Notes under the pieces: generated by a model
What the model was told of the DNA's origin: nothing
The model's database searches: none
What the model saw: only the letters and a program-made list of their open reading frames with translations
Position numbers and translations under genes: made by a program
From: a virus
Lineage: Duplodnaviria > Caudoviricetes
Direction: 5' to 3' (one strand)
IMG/VR virus record: IMGVR_UViG_3300024054_000550
Coordinates: 1 to 45,201 of that record
DNA length: 45,201 nucleotides
Shown here: positions 23,872 through 34,310 of the stretch, piece after piece
Position numbering within the stretch: position 1 is the first letter of the stretch
How the letters are laid out: each line of letters starts with the position of its first letter

Positions 23872-25740
23872 TTATTTACTCAATGATGGTAAAAGACTTG
23901 TTGGCTTTTCAAAACACGGGGATGCTGTTGCCGTAGCAAGCTTGGCCAAATTAGATATTGATGGTTTTGTAATCGAACCAGTGGGTTTAGATGTTCCACT
24001 TGTAACTGGACTTGGCATAAATTTAGATAATCCTGATAAACCTCCTGAACTTGATAGCATTGATAGTCCTGCAGCTCCTGCGGCTTCTCCAGTTCCTCCA
24101 GATCCAGTACTAGGCTTATAATCCCAAAATGTGTCAGACAGAATATTTTTTGAAGTAACTGAAAGATCTGGTGAACTCTTAGAATATGATTCTGTATTTA
24201 CACCACCACTCGACTGATCAGAATTCCCCATAAGTGAATTGAATGATTTATCAGAATCACCTTTAACGCTATTTAATTTTGACACCCAAGATTTTACTAA
24301 TAAACTATTACTTGCATTGGCTGAGCTTGTACCTGAGCTTGTACCTGAGCTTGTACCTGAGCTTGTACCTGAATCTGAATATCCCATAAGTGAATTAAAT
24401 GATTTATCAGAATCACCTTTAACATTAGGAAATTTTGATGTCCAAGAAGATATTAATGGATTAACAGAATTATTTGTGCTAACGGAGTTTGAATTCGTAC
24501 TTGTGTCTGAATAACCCATAAGAGAATTGAACGATTTATCAGAATCACCTTTAACATTAGGAAATTTTGACTTAAAAGATGAAAATAATGAACTATTATT
24601 TGTGCTAACTGAACTTGAGTTAGAAGTATAATCTGCATTTGTGTTACCGGTGAAAAAATCGAATGATTTATTCGAGTCACCTTTAACACTAGTTGGCTTT
24701 GATGAAATAAGTGATGTTAAACTATTCATCAAAAAATTTCCACTAGAATTAGACATTTTTGATAAACTAGAATTATCTTTTAATATTTCCAATCCAGTTT
24801 TATCAGATTTCCCAGGAGCATTGTAGTCCCAAAAATTATCTGACAATATATTTGGTGGTTCTGTTACTGTTGTTCCAGTAGAACCTGTTGTTCCAGTAGA
24901 ACCTGTTGTTCCAGTAGAACCTGTTGTTCCAGTAGAACCTGTTGTTCCAGTAGAACCTGTTGTTCCAGTAGAACCTGTTGTTCCAGTAGAACCTGTTGTT
25001 CCAGTAGAACTAGGCAAGGTAGAAATACCGGGGATATTTACCTTGTTAGAAATCATCATATCTTTTTTGATATTATTTAATGCTACTGTAGGATTTGTAC
25101 CATTAGAAACAGAATCTTTATAAATATTTAAAGATTTAAGCAAATCTGCTTGTTTATCTGGTGAAGATAATGATACAGCTGATGAACATGGAGATGAACC
25201 AATAAGTTTAGTTAAAGAATCCATGGTTAATGGCGCTGAACCAATTGGACCTGTACAATTCTTTTTTACAGCATCGAGAACAGAATCGAGAATTCTCTGT
25301 TTTCCGCTAGTTTCTTTAACATTGCCCATATATTTTTGGACAGCTGAATCATAATTTAATAATCCACTAACAGAATCTGTTATACTTTTATCCAGTAATC
25401 CAAGTGAAGATAGGTTCTTAAATATTTCTTTTGGATCTCCTGCATTAGGTATTCCATTTGTTTTTTCAAGCACTTTCATAGAATCACAAGGATTTGAAAA
25501 TGCACTTTTCATAGAACTTGTTTTGGATACTAATTTATCCTTATTTGAAAGCATTTCATCGTAAGATTTAAATTCTGAACTTAGTGATGGCATTGTGACT
25601 GGTGCTTTTAATTTGATCAGAGTCGCATCAATTTCTTTAACCATATCATCAATTTCTTGAAATCGTGGATTTGTTGGATCCAAAGCTACCTGCTCATCCA
25701 TCAGAGAACTTTTTTGAGATTCAAGCATTGAAGCAATCAT
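23872..25740 (-). CDS. Ser/Thr/Gly-rich low-complexity repeat protein between gp5 and PAAR
   Basis: 622-aa ORF with TGSTGT, SGTS and VKGDSDKSFNSLMG repeats. Confidence 0.75.
   Translation of the reverse strand: MIASMLESQKSSLMDEQVALDPTNPRFQEIDDMVKEIDATLIKLKAPVTMPSLSSEFKSYDEMLSNKDKLVSKTSSMKSAFSNPCDSMKVLEKTNGIPNAGDPKEIFKNLSSLGLLDKSITDSVSGLLNYDSAVQKYMGNVKETSGKQRILDSVLDAVKKNCTGPIGSAPLTMDSLTKLIGSSPCSSAVSLSSPDKQADLLKSLNIYKDSVSNGTNPTVALNNIKKDMMISNKVNIPGISTLPSSTGTTGSTGTTGSTGTTGSTGTTGSTGTTGSTGTTGSTGTTGSTGTTVTEPPNILSDNFWDYNAPGKSDKTGLEILKDNSSLSKMSNSSGNFLMNSLTSLISSKPTSVKGDSNKSFDFFTGNTNADYTSNSSSVSTNNSSLFSSFKSKFPNVKGDSDKSFNSLMGYSDTSTNSNSVSTNNSVNPLISSWTSKFPNVKGDSDKSFNSLMGYSDSGTSSGTSSGTSSGTSSANASNSLLVKSWVSKLNSVKGDSDKSFNSLMGNSDQSSGGVNTESYSKSSPDLSVTSKNILSDTFWDYKPSTGSGGTGEAAGAAGLSMLSSSGGLSGLSKFMPSPVTSGTSKPTGSITKPSISNLAKLATATASPCFEKPTSLLPSLSK
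24868..25010. repeat. 18-nt tandem repeat, 8 copies
   Basis: (tgttgttccagtagaacc)x8, last copy differing at the final base; a 12-nt repeat x4 lies at about 24322-24371. Confidence 0.95.
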
Positions 25741-25765
25741 TTTGATTCCTTAGTTCATTAATTCA

Positions 25766-26581
25766 TTAGTTCAAGAATATATTTGGTGCTGTAACGGTAT
25801 AATCTCCTACAGATTCCGTTAATTGAGTTCCACCTGTTTTTATATTTAAATTCTTACCAATATTCCAATTAACATTATTTTCGATATCGAAATTGAGATC
25901 TTTCACTCCCCTGAACCAAAAATTACCATCTTTATCAATATAAAGAAATGATCCAGTTTTATGAGAAATTTTTATTCGCTCACCACCAGGTGTGTCTTCT
26001 AATTCTATTAAATGACCAGATTCTGTCTCAAGAATAATATTAGTTCTATAATTAGTATCCATTTTCGGATGCATATCAGAACGATTTGATCTTGATTTTA
26101 TTTCGCCAGGTGATGTTCCATTATCCTTGAGCGGCTCAGTTTTTCGAGAATCGTGTGGATAAACTCCACTAGGATCAAAAAATCCTTCACCAGATGCAGC
26201 TTTACCGGAAGAACTTGTAGAATTAACACCAGTAATTGTTCCCATAACAATTGGTTTATTTGGATCATTATTTTCTAATATAACCCAAACCCAAGTACCC
26301 TGTCTTAGAACATGAGATAATCCAACACCGCCGACTAAACCGAAAGAACCCATGACTTCTGCCCATGGAAGATCAACTGTTCTTACAAATTCAAATTTTT
26401 CGCTTGAATTTTCATTATTTGATGTATGAAGACCATAAATTCTTACTCTAACTCTACCAATCTGTAATGGATCGTTATTATCCTCTACAACGCCTCTGAA
26501 TAGAATAAATGGTGTTGTATTATTCGGCGAGTACCGTTCTAAATTAAGTTCATTAATTTCTTTTGATTCTTTTGTTTCCAT
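25766..26581 (-). CDS. gp5: baseplate central spike gp5 (OB-fold, no lysozyme domain)
   Basis: GVVEDNNDPL..GRVRVRI.G.H, LPWA, ETESGH..E.EDTPG.ERI...H.TG. Confidence 0.9.
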   Translation of the reverse strand: METKESKEINELNLERYSPNNTTPFILFRGVVEDNNDPLQIGRVRVRIYGLHTSNNENSSEKFEFVRTVDLPWAEVMGSFGLVGGVGLSHVLRQGTWVWVILENNDPNKPIVMGTITGVNSTSSSGKAASGEGFFDPSGVYPHDSRKTEPLKDNGTSPGEIKSRSNRSDMHPKMDTNYRTNIILETESGHLIELEDTPGGERIKISHKTGSFLYIDKDGNFWFRGVKDLNFDIENNVNWNIGKNLNIKTGGTQLTESVGDYTVTAPNIFLN

Positions 26582-27709
26582 TTAGATCTTCTTAGTCATG
26601 TCAGCTCTATGCAGATATATTTTTTGAACGAATGAATCGCCAAGTATTTTATCTATAATAGTATTGCATATGTATTTACCGTTGTTAATCATATTTCCCT
26701 TTATTTCTGACTCTGAATTACCTATATTTCCTTTAAGTACCAATTCATATATTTGATTGATATCATTTTTTACGAATCCATTAACTGCCATTTCCAATTC
26801 TGATTGTTTCAGAAATGAATTCTTTAAAATTTGTCTATGTAAACTAAAATCCAAATAAGGTTGGGTTATTGTTCGTTTACCAATATGAGCACCAACTGAT
26901 GCAGTTTGAAGATTGAATTCATCATCATTCATGTATAAACTAGAATTACTATTATCAGAATAACTTTTAACGCTTTTCGTACTAGGATCATAAGAAATTG
27001 ATTTCGTTGTATGCACGATATTATTTCTGTTCATAAAAGTTGTTCGTAAGGCTAAAATTCTATTTTTATAATGCTGATTATTAGTTTCATTAATATATGG
27101 TTTACCTGGATCGTTTAAAACTAAAGAACTAGGTATTAATTCACTCATATGTTTTAGAACTATCGCCTGTTTATTCTGATAGAAATTGAATCCTCTTTTG
27201 AATAATTCATCTATAAAAAAATTTAAATTATTGATATGACTTGGTACTACAAACGATTTTGAACTTTTCAAAGTACTAAAATCCATTTTAAAAGAACTCA
27301 GGTTAAGTTCAGAAATGTAACTATTCAAGGCAGAAACAATATCTATACTAAAACTTTTTGATAAAAAACTATGCTCAAGAACATATGAAAAGGCATCCTG
27401 TAATTCTATGGTGAATGTTTTCTTGAACTTTTCGTCGTAAATTTCTCTAACTGATGTAACTACAAAAACCTTTTTCACATATTCGTCGTACATGTCCATA
27501 TAAAAAACACTAACAACAACGTCTCTCCATGAGATCTGAAGATTCAAATCGTAAAAATCGTTAAGAACTAATTTACCAAGAACAATCGGTGATCTATTCG
27601 TATATATGATATCTAATGAGATAATTACTTCTTTGATTAAATCTATATCACCTATCTTCACGCTGTAATTTTTTAGTTTATTTACAGCATTAAAAATATT
27701 ATTACTCAT
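26582..27709 (-). CDS. putative baseplate hub (gp27-like)
   Basis: Size and position between gp53 and gp5; GKYI near C-terminus. Confidence 0.55.
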   Translation of the reverse strand: MSNNIFNAVNKLKNYSVKIGDIDLIKEVIISLDIIYTNRSPIVLGKLVLNDFYDLNLQISWRDVVVSVFYMDMYDEYVKKVFVVTSVREIYDEKFKKTFTIELQDAFSYVLEHSFLSKSFSIDIVSALNSYISELNLSSFKMDFSTLKSSKSFVVPSHINNLNFFIDELFKRGFNFYQNKQAIVLKHMSELIPSSLVLNDPGKPYINETNNQHYKNRILALRTTFMNRNNIVHTTKSISYDPSTKSVKSYSDNSNSSLYMNDDEFNLQTASVGAHIGKRTITQPYLDFSLHRQILKNSFLKQSELEMAVNGFVKNDINQIYELVLKGNIGNSESEIKGNMINNGKYICNTIIDKILGDSFVQKIYLHRADMTKKI

Positions 27710-28173
27710 AGATAGGAAAGTTCCTTAGCTAATTTTATGAAATCGCTCATTCTAGTTGGTTTTATTACTCTAATAAATCTATAAGTTTCATTCAAATCTT
27801 CATTTTCTTTGATAAAATTTTCATTTAGCGAATTAATTATTCTATCTGAAGATAATGGAGCATTACTATAAACGTAATATACGTAATTATCAACAAATTT
27901 TTTAGTTGAATAACTTAATGTATCATAACTATAAGGCATGTGAAATAATGGATCTCGCTGATTTATCATTAAGAGAACATCCCAATAATCTTCAGAACCA
28001 TATAGTTCATATGAAATCCGTTCTAACTTATCTCCGTCATTTATTCTATATATTTCTGTTAAATCTTCGTATAATGCGTAGAATTCGTTAAGATTTATAT
28101 TCTTACTGAAATAGTCCGAAACTATAAATTCATTTAACTCTTCAAAATCATATTTAAGTACTGTATTCTTCAT
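27706..28173 (-). CDS. gp53: baseplate wedge gp53
   Basis: ISYELYGS..YW.VLL.IN LysM-like motif. Confidence 0.88.
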   Translation of the reverse strand: MKNTVLKYDFEELNEFIVSDYFSKNINLNEFYALYEDLTEIYRINDGDKLERISYELYGSEDYWDVLLMINQRDPLFHMPYSYDTLSYSTKKFVDNYVYYVYSNAPLSSDRIINSLNENFIKENEDLNETYRFIRVIKPTRMSDFIKLAKELSYL

Positions 28174-28175
28174 AA

Positions 28176-28997
28176 TTAGTAAAACTCAGATGTTACTGTC
28201 ATACGTTCAGCAAATGTCATTGATAATGAGATATATTTCGGCATACCGTCGTCAAACATTTGCATTGAATTATCTACGCTGTAATTAACTGATAATTCTT
28301 TACACACAACATGAGTCATGTTAATGACGTTATTTATATGCTCGTTAGAAAAGTCAATATCAAATATGTACGGTGATAATAAAGATAATCCATTTATTGT
28401 TGACGTTGGAAGCGAATATTTTTTAAGTTTATAAATTATAGTTCTAATTGATTCTGCTTCTTCAGCATTGTTTGGAATAAGATCCCACGATAATGTAAAT
28501 TCTCTAGGCATCGTTCCTTTATAATCCTGAAAATAACCAGGGTTAATTAATGGTTTTCTCATTCCAGAATCATTTGCATATGACGCTATCGCTTTATTGG
28601 TAGAAACTCCAAGAGCAATTTCTGTATCTGCTAACCCACCTAAAGTTGTACCTATAATACCGGAAGTTGTTTCCCAGTCATGACTTTGAGTTTCTGAAAG
28701 CTCATTCGGTAAAGGCAATGCTACGCCCCAAACTGTTTTAGTATTATTCAATGCTAGAATACTTTTTTTAGCATCTTTCTTTTTTGTTATAGCCTTTTCT
28801 TTTCCAAGTGTCGTTATTATATCTTTAACGTCGTTATAAGCTTCTGAAGCTTTATTTTTTAGTGTATCAATGCCTGCTTTGAAATCATTAACTTCTTTAA
28901 CAATTATTTTAACGAATCTGAAGTTCGGGTTTTTAGGATTCGTTATAGCAATACCCTTTGGATATTCATTAGTTAAATTGTTATCTTTTGACGACAT
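28176..28997 (-). CDS. baseplate tail-tube cap gp48-like
   Basis: LPLP, INP, R.F..SW.LIP.N..EA, DGMP..I.L..TF.E. Confidence 0.8.
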   Translation of the reverse strand: MSSKDNNLTNEYPKGIAITNPKNPNFRFVKIIVKEVNDFKAGIDTLKNKASEAYNDVKDIITTLGKEKAITKKKDAKKSILALNNTKTVWGVALPLPNELSETQSHDWETTSGIIGTTLGGLADTEIALGVSTNKAIASYANDSGMRKPLINPGYFQDYKGTMPREFTLSWDLIPNNAEEAESIRTIIYKLKKYSLPTSTINGLSLLSPYIFDIDFSNEHINNVINMTHVVCKELSVNYSVDNSMQMFDDGMPKYISLSMTFAERMTVTSEFY

Positions 28998-29011
28998 ATT
29001 TCATTCCAAAT

Positions 29012-32000
29012 CTATGAAAAATCATTAAATACAGATAATGGTGAAACATTATCGGGTTTAGCTCCAGCTATACTATTTATATTAACATTTGTATTTTGAT
29101 TTGAAGAATTCACAGTACCAGATGATTTGTCATATTTTTTTGTATTTGAAAGAGTTCTGTCGTATGTATTCTCAAGATTCTTATTCTTTTTATCTTTTGA
29201 TATTGTCTTTTTAGTTGCCTTTTCTGGTTTTTTATTTTCATTCTTTAATTTAGAAATCTCAGATTCTTTTTGATTTATGAACTTTTGAATATTCTCCATT
29301 TTTGCTATATCTTTTTGTTTCTCAGCTTTTCTGTATTCTGATTTTAAATTTTCAATAGCAAGTTCTAAACCTTTTATTTTTTCTTCATTCTGCTTTGCTT
29401 TTAGTTCTTCATTTGATATGACATCTGGAATTTCGTTTTCTGCTTTAGTTGGAACTACTGCTTTAGGATCTTTTACGTTACCTAATTTGTTTTTAGCTTC
29501 ATCCACTGAACTTATTTTTTCTTTTGGAGCTTCTTTGATATTTTTACTTGAATCATTTATTATTTCTTTACGATTAACGCCAAATGGTTCAATATGCCAT
29601 AATTCTCCAGGAACAGGTCTTGTAAAATAATACTTTTTGAATAATCCAGATTTTTCGGCATTCTCAGAATTAGTACTATTCATATCTATGGCTAAACCAT
29701 AATTATGCATAGATTTACCTGGGGTTGCTGCTAGATTACCTTTCTTAGCTTTAAGTTCAGCTTGTTCAGCCATTGATCTATAAGCTGAATTGATCTGTAT
29801 TTTTGTTCCATACAAATCGATATATTCTGCAGCCATAGATTTAAGATTACTTAATAGAACAGGATTAAGACCATCAAAATCTGATTCTTTTACCTTATTA
29901 AGTGAAAATAATTCTCTTATTTTGTAATCGTCAGGATTAACTGTGCCTCTAACATCGACGAGTTTACCTTTACCAGATGAATCTTTTACCTTTTTCTTCT
30001 GGAACATACCGTGTTTCATTGTATAAGATACTTTTTTGGGTTCGTACTCGTTCTTATTTTCTTTATTTGGTGATTCTTTTTCTATTGGGGCATATATAGT
30101 GTCGGTTTTTACCGTTTCATTTGATTTTTTAGTATAGAATTCATTCTCAGGGTCATCACCCTTGATATATTTAAGAATAGAACTTATATATGATTTTGTT
30201 TCGGTTGGTAATTGTTCCATTCCTTTCTTATCTACATTGCCAGGGCCCCAGTTATATGCTGCTAGTGCTTTTGGTATATCACCTTTGTACTTATTCAATA
30301 GCCACGCCATAAATCTAGCGCCACCATCGACGTTCTGTACAGGATCCCAAGGATTTTTAACGCCTAACCATTTAGCAGTATCGGGCATTAATTGCATCAA
30401 TCCCATAGCACCCTTAGATGAAACAGCGTGAACATTAAATCCACTTTCGGCTCTTATTTGAGATTTTAAAAGATTTTCATCTAGATCATAACGATCCGCA
30501 GTTTCTGTTATGATTTTACTAATTTTTACTTCTTTTTTGCCTTTAATTTCATGGTATTTTGACTCAGTTGAACTTTTACGCTCACTTGATCCATCATTTA
30601 ATGATCCAGAATAATGAACGCCAGTATCTTCTGAACTCATCCATTTCATTATTTTCTCAGCAGCATTTTCTTTACTAATAATTCCAAATGTAAAATCATC
30701 AACGACATATGCTGCTGCTGAAATGAGTTTATCAGATTCTGTTAATTCAGAATCCTTTTTATTTAACAATTCACCCGCATTTTCATATCCATCAACAGCA
30801 GAATATATGGCAGCACCAGCAGTAATTGCCGTGCCAATTATTGGTATAGGTTTAGCAAATTTTGTTAATTTACCTAGTATTGATGCCCCTTTGGATGCCG
30901 TTAACTTGTTCGGTACTTTAGGTTCTTGTTTAGGAACTTTTTTGGGGCCTTCATCTCGTTTAAAGAAATCAATTATACTATCAACGCCAGGAATTTTTCT
31001 AAGAATTTCAATTACTTTTGTAAGACCTTTTTCAAGCATTTCTACCGTTGATTTTAATACTTTAGAACTTGCATCAAATGCCTTTGCGAATGCTTCTTTG
31101 AATGCCTTACCGAACTTAGTATTGAATAATTTATCAAAAGATTCTTTTAGAACTTTTGAAACGAATTCTCTAATCTGTTTCGATCCTTTTTCTAATAATC
31201 CCTTTATAAACGCATAGATATCTTTAGATTTAGTTAATAGATAAGTTAAAAGGGTACCACCAGCTAAATATTTGAGTATATTAGTAAATGGCAGAATTTT
31301 TTTCAGTGTGTTAAAAATTCCAATTTCTTTCTGAGCTTTCTGAACTTTCTGATCTTTTTCAATTTTGTTAGACCCAAGAACATTTTCTTCCGATTTTTTA
31401 GCAAGAACACTAGTAATAGATGTATCTTGCTCATCAATCATATTTTCAGCTAATTCGTCTAGCTTTTCATAAATTTTTTCATTAACTAATGATAACCGTT
31501 TTATTTCGGATGTATTCTTTTCAATTTCTGATGTTTTAAGATCTTCTGATTCTTTAGGTTCAGTCATTAAATCAAGAATATAATCAGCAATATCTAATTC
31601 ACCTTTTTTAACTAAATAATCGTAGATTTTTTCATTATTTTGTTCGACATCTTCAATATTGTCGGTATCTGGGTTGAATTTTAGTTCTAATGGTTCAGAT
31701 GATTCATTTTTATATTTTTTTGAACTGTCAGTTTGACCTTTTCCTGAAATTGAAGATAATGCTCTATTGATTTCATTTGTAATGGCATTTTGTTCAATCT
31801 GATCGGTTTTTTCTACCTTAAGTTTCTTTGATATTGCATCTGACGATGATTTTATTATTTTCTTTGTTGAGCCTTTATCTCCGGTATTCATCTGAACGGA
31901 AGTTCCGATAGCAGCTGAAACAGCCTCTGGGATAGATTCTCTTTCTGATTTTGATTTTGATTTTTTAGATTCTATATTACTGATCATATCCAAAATTTCT

Positions 32001-32335
32001 TTAGGATTCATATCTAAGAACTTTTTATCAACACCAAAACCAACTATATGTTTTTTTGCTTTATCTACTATTGTATCGTTCGACTGTTCTAATTCTTCTA
32101 TTATTTCATTAATCTTTTCTCTTTTTTCTCCAAGAGATTTTAATTTTTTTGCCTTTCTGAAAACGAATTTGCTTAAAGCTATACTTTTGATTTTTGAATC
32201 AACGCTGCCTAACAAGTTCTCAGCGTCATAAATAACATTTTCTTTTCTAGTTTGTGAAAATGCTAGTTTACTGGCTAATTTCAGTTTCTTTATACCGAAA
32301 TCTATAGATATGTTAGATTGTGATTCTTGATTCAT
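29012..32335 (-). CDS. tape-measure-like protein with SLT and M15 peptidase domains
   Basis: AESGF, GAMGLMQLMP, AAYNWG (SLT); SAYRS, S.H..GLAID, E.WH (M15). Confidence 0.85.
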   Translation of the reverse strand: MNQESQSNISIDFGIKKLKLASKLAFSQTRKENVIYDAENLLGSVDSKIKSIALSKFVFRKAKKLKSLGEKREKINEIIEELEQSNDTIVDKAKKHIVGFGVDKKFLDMNPKEILDMISNIESKKSKSKSERESIPEAVSAAIGTSVQMNTGDKGSTKKIIKSSSDAISKKLKVEKTDQIEQNAITNEINRALSSISGKGQTDSSKKYKNESSEPLELKFNPDTDNIEDVEQNNEKIYDYLVKKGELDIADYILDLMTEPKESEDLKTSEIEKNTSEIKRLSLVNEKIYEKLDELAENMIDEQDTSITSVLAKKSEENVLGSNKIEKDQKVQKAQKEIGIFNTLKKILPFTNILKYLAGGTLLTYLLTKSKDIYAFIKGLLEKGSKQIREFVSKVLKESFDKLFNTKFGKAFKEAFAKAFDASSKVLKSTVEMLEKGLTKVIEILRKIPGVDSIIDFFKRDEGPKKVPKQEPKVPNKLTASKGASILGKLTKFAKPIPIIGTAITAGAAIYSAVDGYENAGELLNKKDSELTESDKLISAAAYVVDDFTFGIISKENAAEKIMKWMSSEDTGVHYSGSLNDGSSERKSSTESKYHEIKGKKEVKISKIITETADRYDLDENLLKSQIRAESGFNVHAVSSKGAMGLMQLMPDTAKWLGVKNPWDPVQNVDGGARFMAWLLNKYKGDIPKALAAYNWGPGNVDKKGMEQLPTETKSYISSILKYIKGDDPENEFYTKKSNETVKTDTIYAPIEKESPNKENKNEYEPKKVSYTMKHGMFQKKKVKDSSGKGKLVDVRGTVNPDDYKIRELFSLNKVKESDFDGLNPVLLSNLKSMAAEYIDLYGTKIQINSAYRSMAEQAELKAKKGNLAATPGKSMHNYGLAIDMNSTNSENAEKSGLFKKYYFTRPVPGELWHIEPFGVNRKEIINDSSKNIKEAPKEKISSVDEAKNKLGNVKDPKAVVPTKAENEIPDVISNEELKAKQNEEKIKGLELAIENLKSEYRKAEKQKDIAKMENIQKFINQKESEISKLKNENKKPEKATKKTISKDKKNKNLENTYDRTLSNTKKYDKSSGTVNSSNQNTNVNINSIAGAKPDNVSPLSVFNDFS

Positions 32336-33036
32336 TGTTTACTCAAATCCTCTTTAGTTTTATTGAATAATCCAATAAAAATATTTCTTTCAAATGGATA
32401 CATATTATCAATATCAGTTTTAGTATAATGTCCAAAATAAATCAAAAGATTATATGACTTATATAGCGTCATTAAATTATCTTCGCTCATTATTTCAATG
32501 ATATATTCTGGTGAACTTAAATCGAATATATTCTCTGTTTGACATCTCAAACATTTACAACTTTTTGTGAAATTAAATTGAATTTGATTTTCTGTTACTT
32601 TTTTCTTTAATTCTTCATAATCTTGAATATCTAAATCATCTAGTTCTTCTTGAGAATATTCAACGAATTTAATAAGATTTTCATCTGTAACATTTTCATT
32701 TAATTTTCTTATATAATCATCATTTCTAGAACCATCAATTACAAAATTTGATGCATCAATAATTCCATCGTTTCCCTGACCGCATTCTTTACATTTAAAT
32801 TTTATATCTATTTCATTTCCTAGTGATATTTCTCTAGCTTTATATAGAATTACTTTCTTTTCGTTTTCGGTTAATCCAGATTCATTAAAATTAATTATCT
32901 CAAGAATTCTATCCAAATCTTTTATTCCAAAACTTGAAGATAAAAGAATATCTTTTTCCTGATATGTTCTATATGGTTCTATTTGAAATGTTCTGTCACC
33001 AATGGAAAAATCAATTTTCATTCTAACTTGAACCAA
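32332..33036 (-). CDS. baseplate hub assembly protein (gp26/gp51-like)
   Basis: CxxC pairs, REISLG, C-terminal MYPFER.IF. Confidence 0.7.
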   Translation of the reverse strand: MVQVRMKIDFSIGDRTFQIEPYRTYQEKDILLSSSFGIKDLDRILEIINFNESGLTENEKKVILYKAREISLGNEIDIKFKCKECGQGNDGIIDASNFVIDGSRNDDYIRKLNENVTDENLIKFVEYSQEELDDLDIQDYEELKKKVTENQIQFNFTKSCKCLRCQTENIFDLSSPEYIIEIMSEDNLMTLYKSYNLLIYFGHYTKTDIDNMYPFERNIFIGLFNKTKEDLSKQ

Positions 33037-33659
33037 TCTTCAGGTAAAAATCCAGGAATCTCGTCAAATATATATCTATGAGATTTTCCACAGTTACATG
33101 TTATTGTATTTACATCTTTAACTGTAAATCTAGATTTATGATAAATTTCCATAATGTCCGTAAGAACATCTAAATCCAAATCATCAATTTTTTCTTCTAA
33201 TTCTTTTAATGTAAATGAATCATCACCATTAAAAGATTCAATTCTTAAAAGAAAATCATAATTCTCATCTTTATCCATTAAATCTAAATAAACTTCTTTA
33301 TTCTTGATTGGTCCTAATTTTATAGATATTCCATGTACGTTAATCTCTTTAAGCTCATCAAATGAATATGTAATAATATCCTTAAGTAATAATTTTTTAG
33401 TAAACAAACTCCCGCACCCATCACAATAGAACTCTATGTCGAATTCTTCACCTAATGATTCAGCTCTAATTCTTGTGAGCACATATTTAAATTCTTCATT
33501 ACTTAGTATAACATCTTCTTCAATACAATCATATACTAAAGTATTCATTAATTTTAATTTATCGACATTTTCTGATTTTAAAGAATTGATAAAGTTCTTT
33601 TTATCTTTACCTTTCCACTTTCTAATATGAATTGTTCTATTACCTAATTTTAATTCCAT
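33018..33659 (-). CDS. baseplate hub assembly protein gp26-like
   Basis: IRAESLGE, CDGC, CNCG. Confidence 0.75.
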   Translation of the reverse strand: MELKLGNRTIHIRKWKGKDKKNFINSLKSENVDKLKLMNTLVYDCIEEDVILSNEEFKYVLTRIRAESLGEEFDIEFYCDGCGSLFTKKLLLKDIITYSFDELKEINVHGISIKLGPIKNKEVYLDLMDKDENYDFLLRIESFNGDDSFTLKELEEKIDDLDLDVLTDIMEIYHKSRFTVKDVNTITCNCGKSHRYIFDEIPGFLPEDWFKLE

Positions 33660-33705
33660 TCTAATTTCTCCAATTATTTCGATATATTTAACTATTGAGC
33701 TTAAA

Positions 33706-34224
33706 TTATTGCTTAATGCTGTATGCGTTACATTTAAAACTAACTGTAAATTCTGCTATTTGATTTTCTGTATCGTTACTTAGCGAAAGATTTGATATAC
33801 CTTCTATAAGAACACCATTGAATGTAAAAAGTTCTTTATCTTCTTCATTTAACCAATCTGCGTCTTTTATGAGTGTTATGCTCATTTTTATATTATCAAA
33901 ATATGACCCTTTCGTTAATTTATATATTTTTAAGAATTTTCTATATAGAACCATTTGATCCTGGTCCCTAAATGTTATAGTAAATTTGTATAAACTATCT
34001 CGGCCGTTGTGTATAACCCATTTATTAGCAACAAATGCTTCTATTGGATCACATGTAAAATCAGGAGATGAAAAAGAAATGATATTCAGATTTATTTTCT
34101 CATCTAAAATACCAATTTTTTTAGTTAAAAATTCTGAAAGGTGTATATGAACGGTGAACGTATTGACCATCGACCATTGTCGATTGTAAGCATCTACTAT
34201 TGCGTCGTGTAATTGATATGCCAT
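33706..34224 (-). CDS. tail-tube-fold protein (gp19/gp54-like)
   Basis: FTITF.D and AEFTVSF motifs; TATAAATA at 34243-34250. Confidence 0.65.
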   Translation of the reverse strand: MAYQLHDAIVDAYNRQWSMVNTFTVHIHLSEFLTKKIGILDEKINLNIISFSSPDFTCDPIEAFVANKWVIHNGRDSLYKFTITFRDQDQMVLYRKFLKIYKLTKGSYFDNIKMSITLIKDADWLNEEDKELFTFNGVLIEGISNLSLSNDTENQIAEFTVSFKCNAYSIKQ

Positions 34225-34264
34225 TAGTTCTTTCCTTTTTACTATTTATAATAGTTTTTGATAT

Positions 34265-34290
34265 AAAAACAGGGTTCAGTGAACCCTGGT
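34265..34290 (-). terminator. rho-independent terminator after thyA
   Basis: CAGGGTTCA/TGAACCCTG stem followed by a U-tract. Confidence 0.65.
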
Positions 34291-34310
34291 TATTTATGAA
34301 AATCTAAAAA

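Noticed and set aside
24868-25010. CRISPR array
   Set aside because: Repeats are directly adjacent with no spacers and lie in frame within a CDS.
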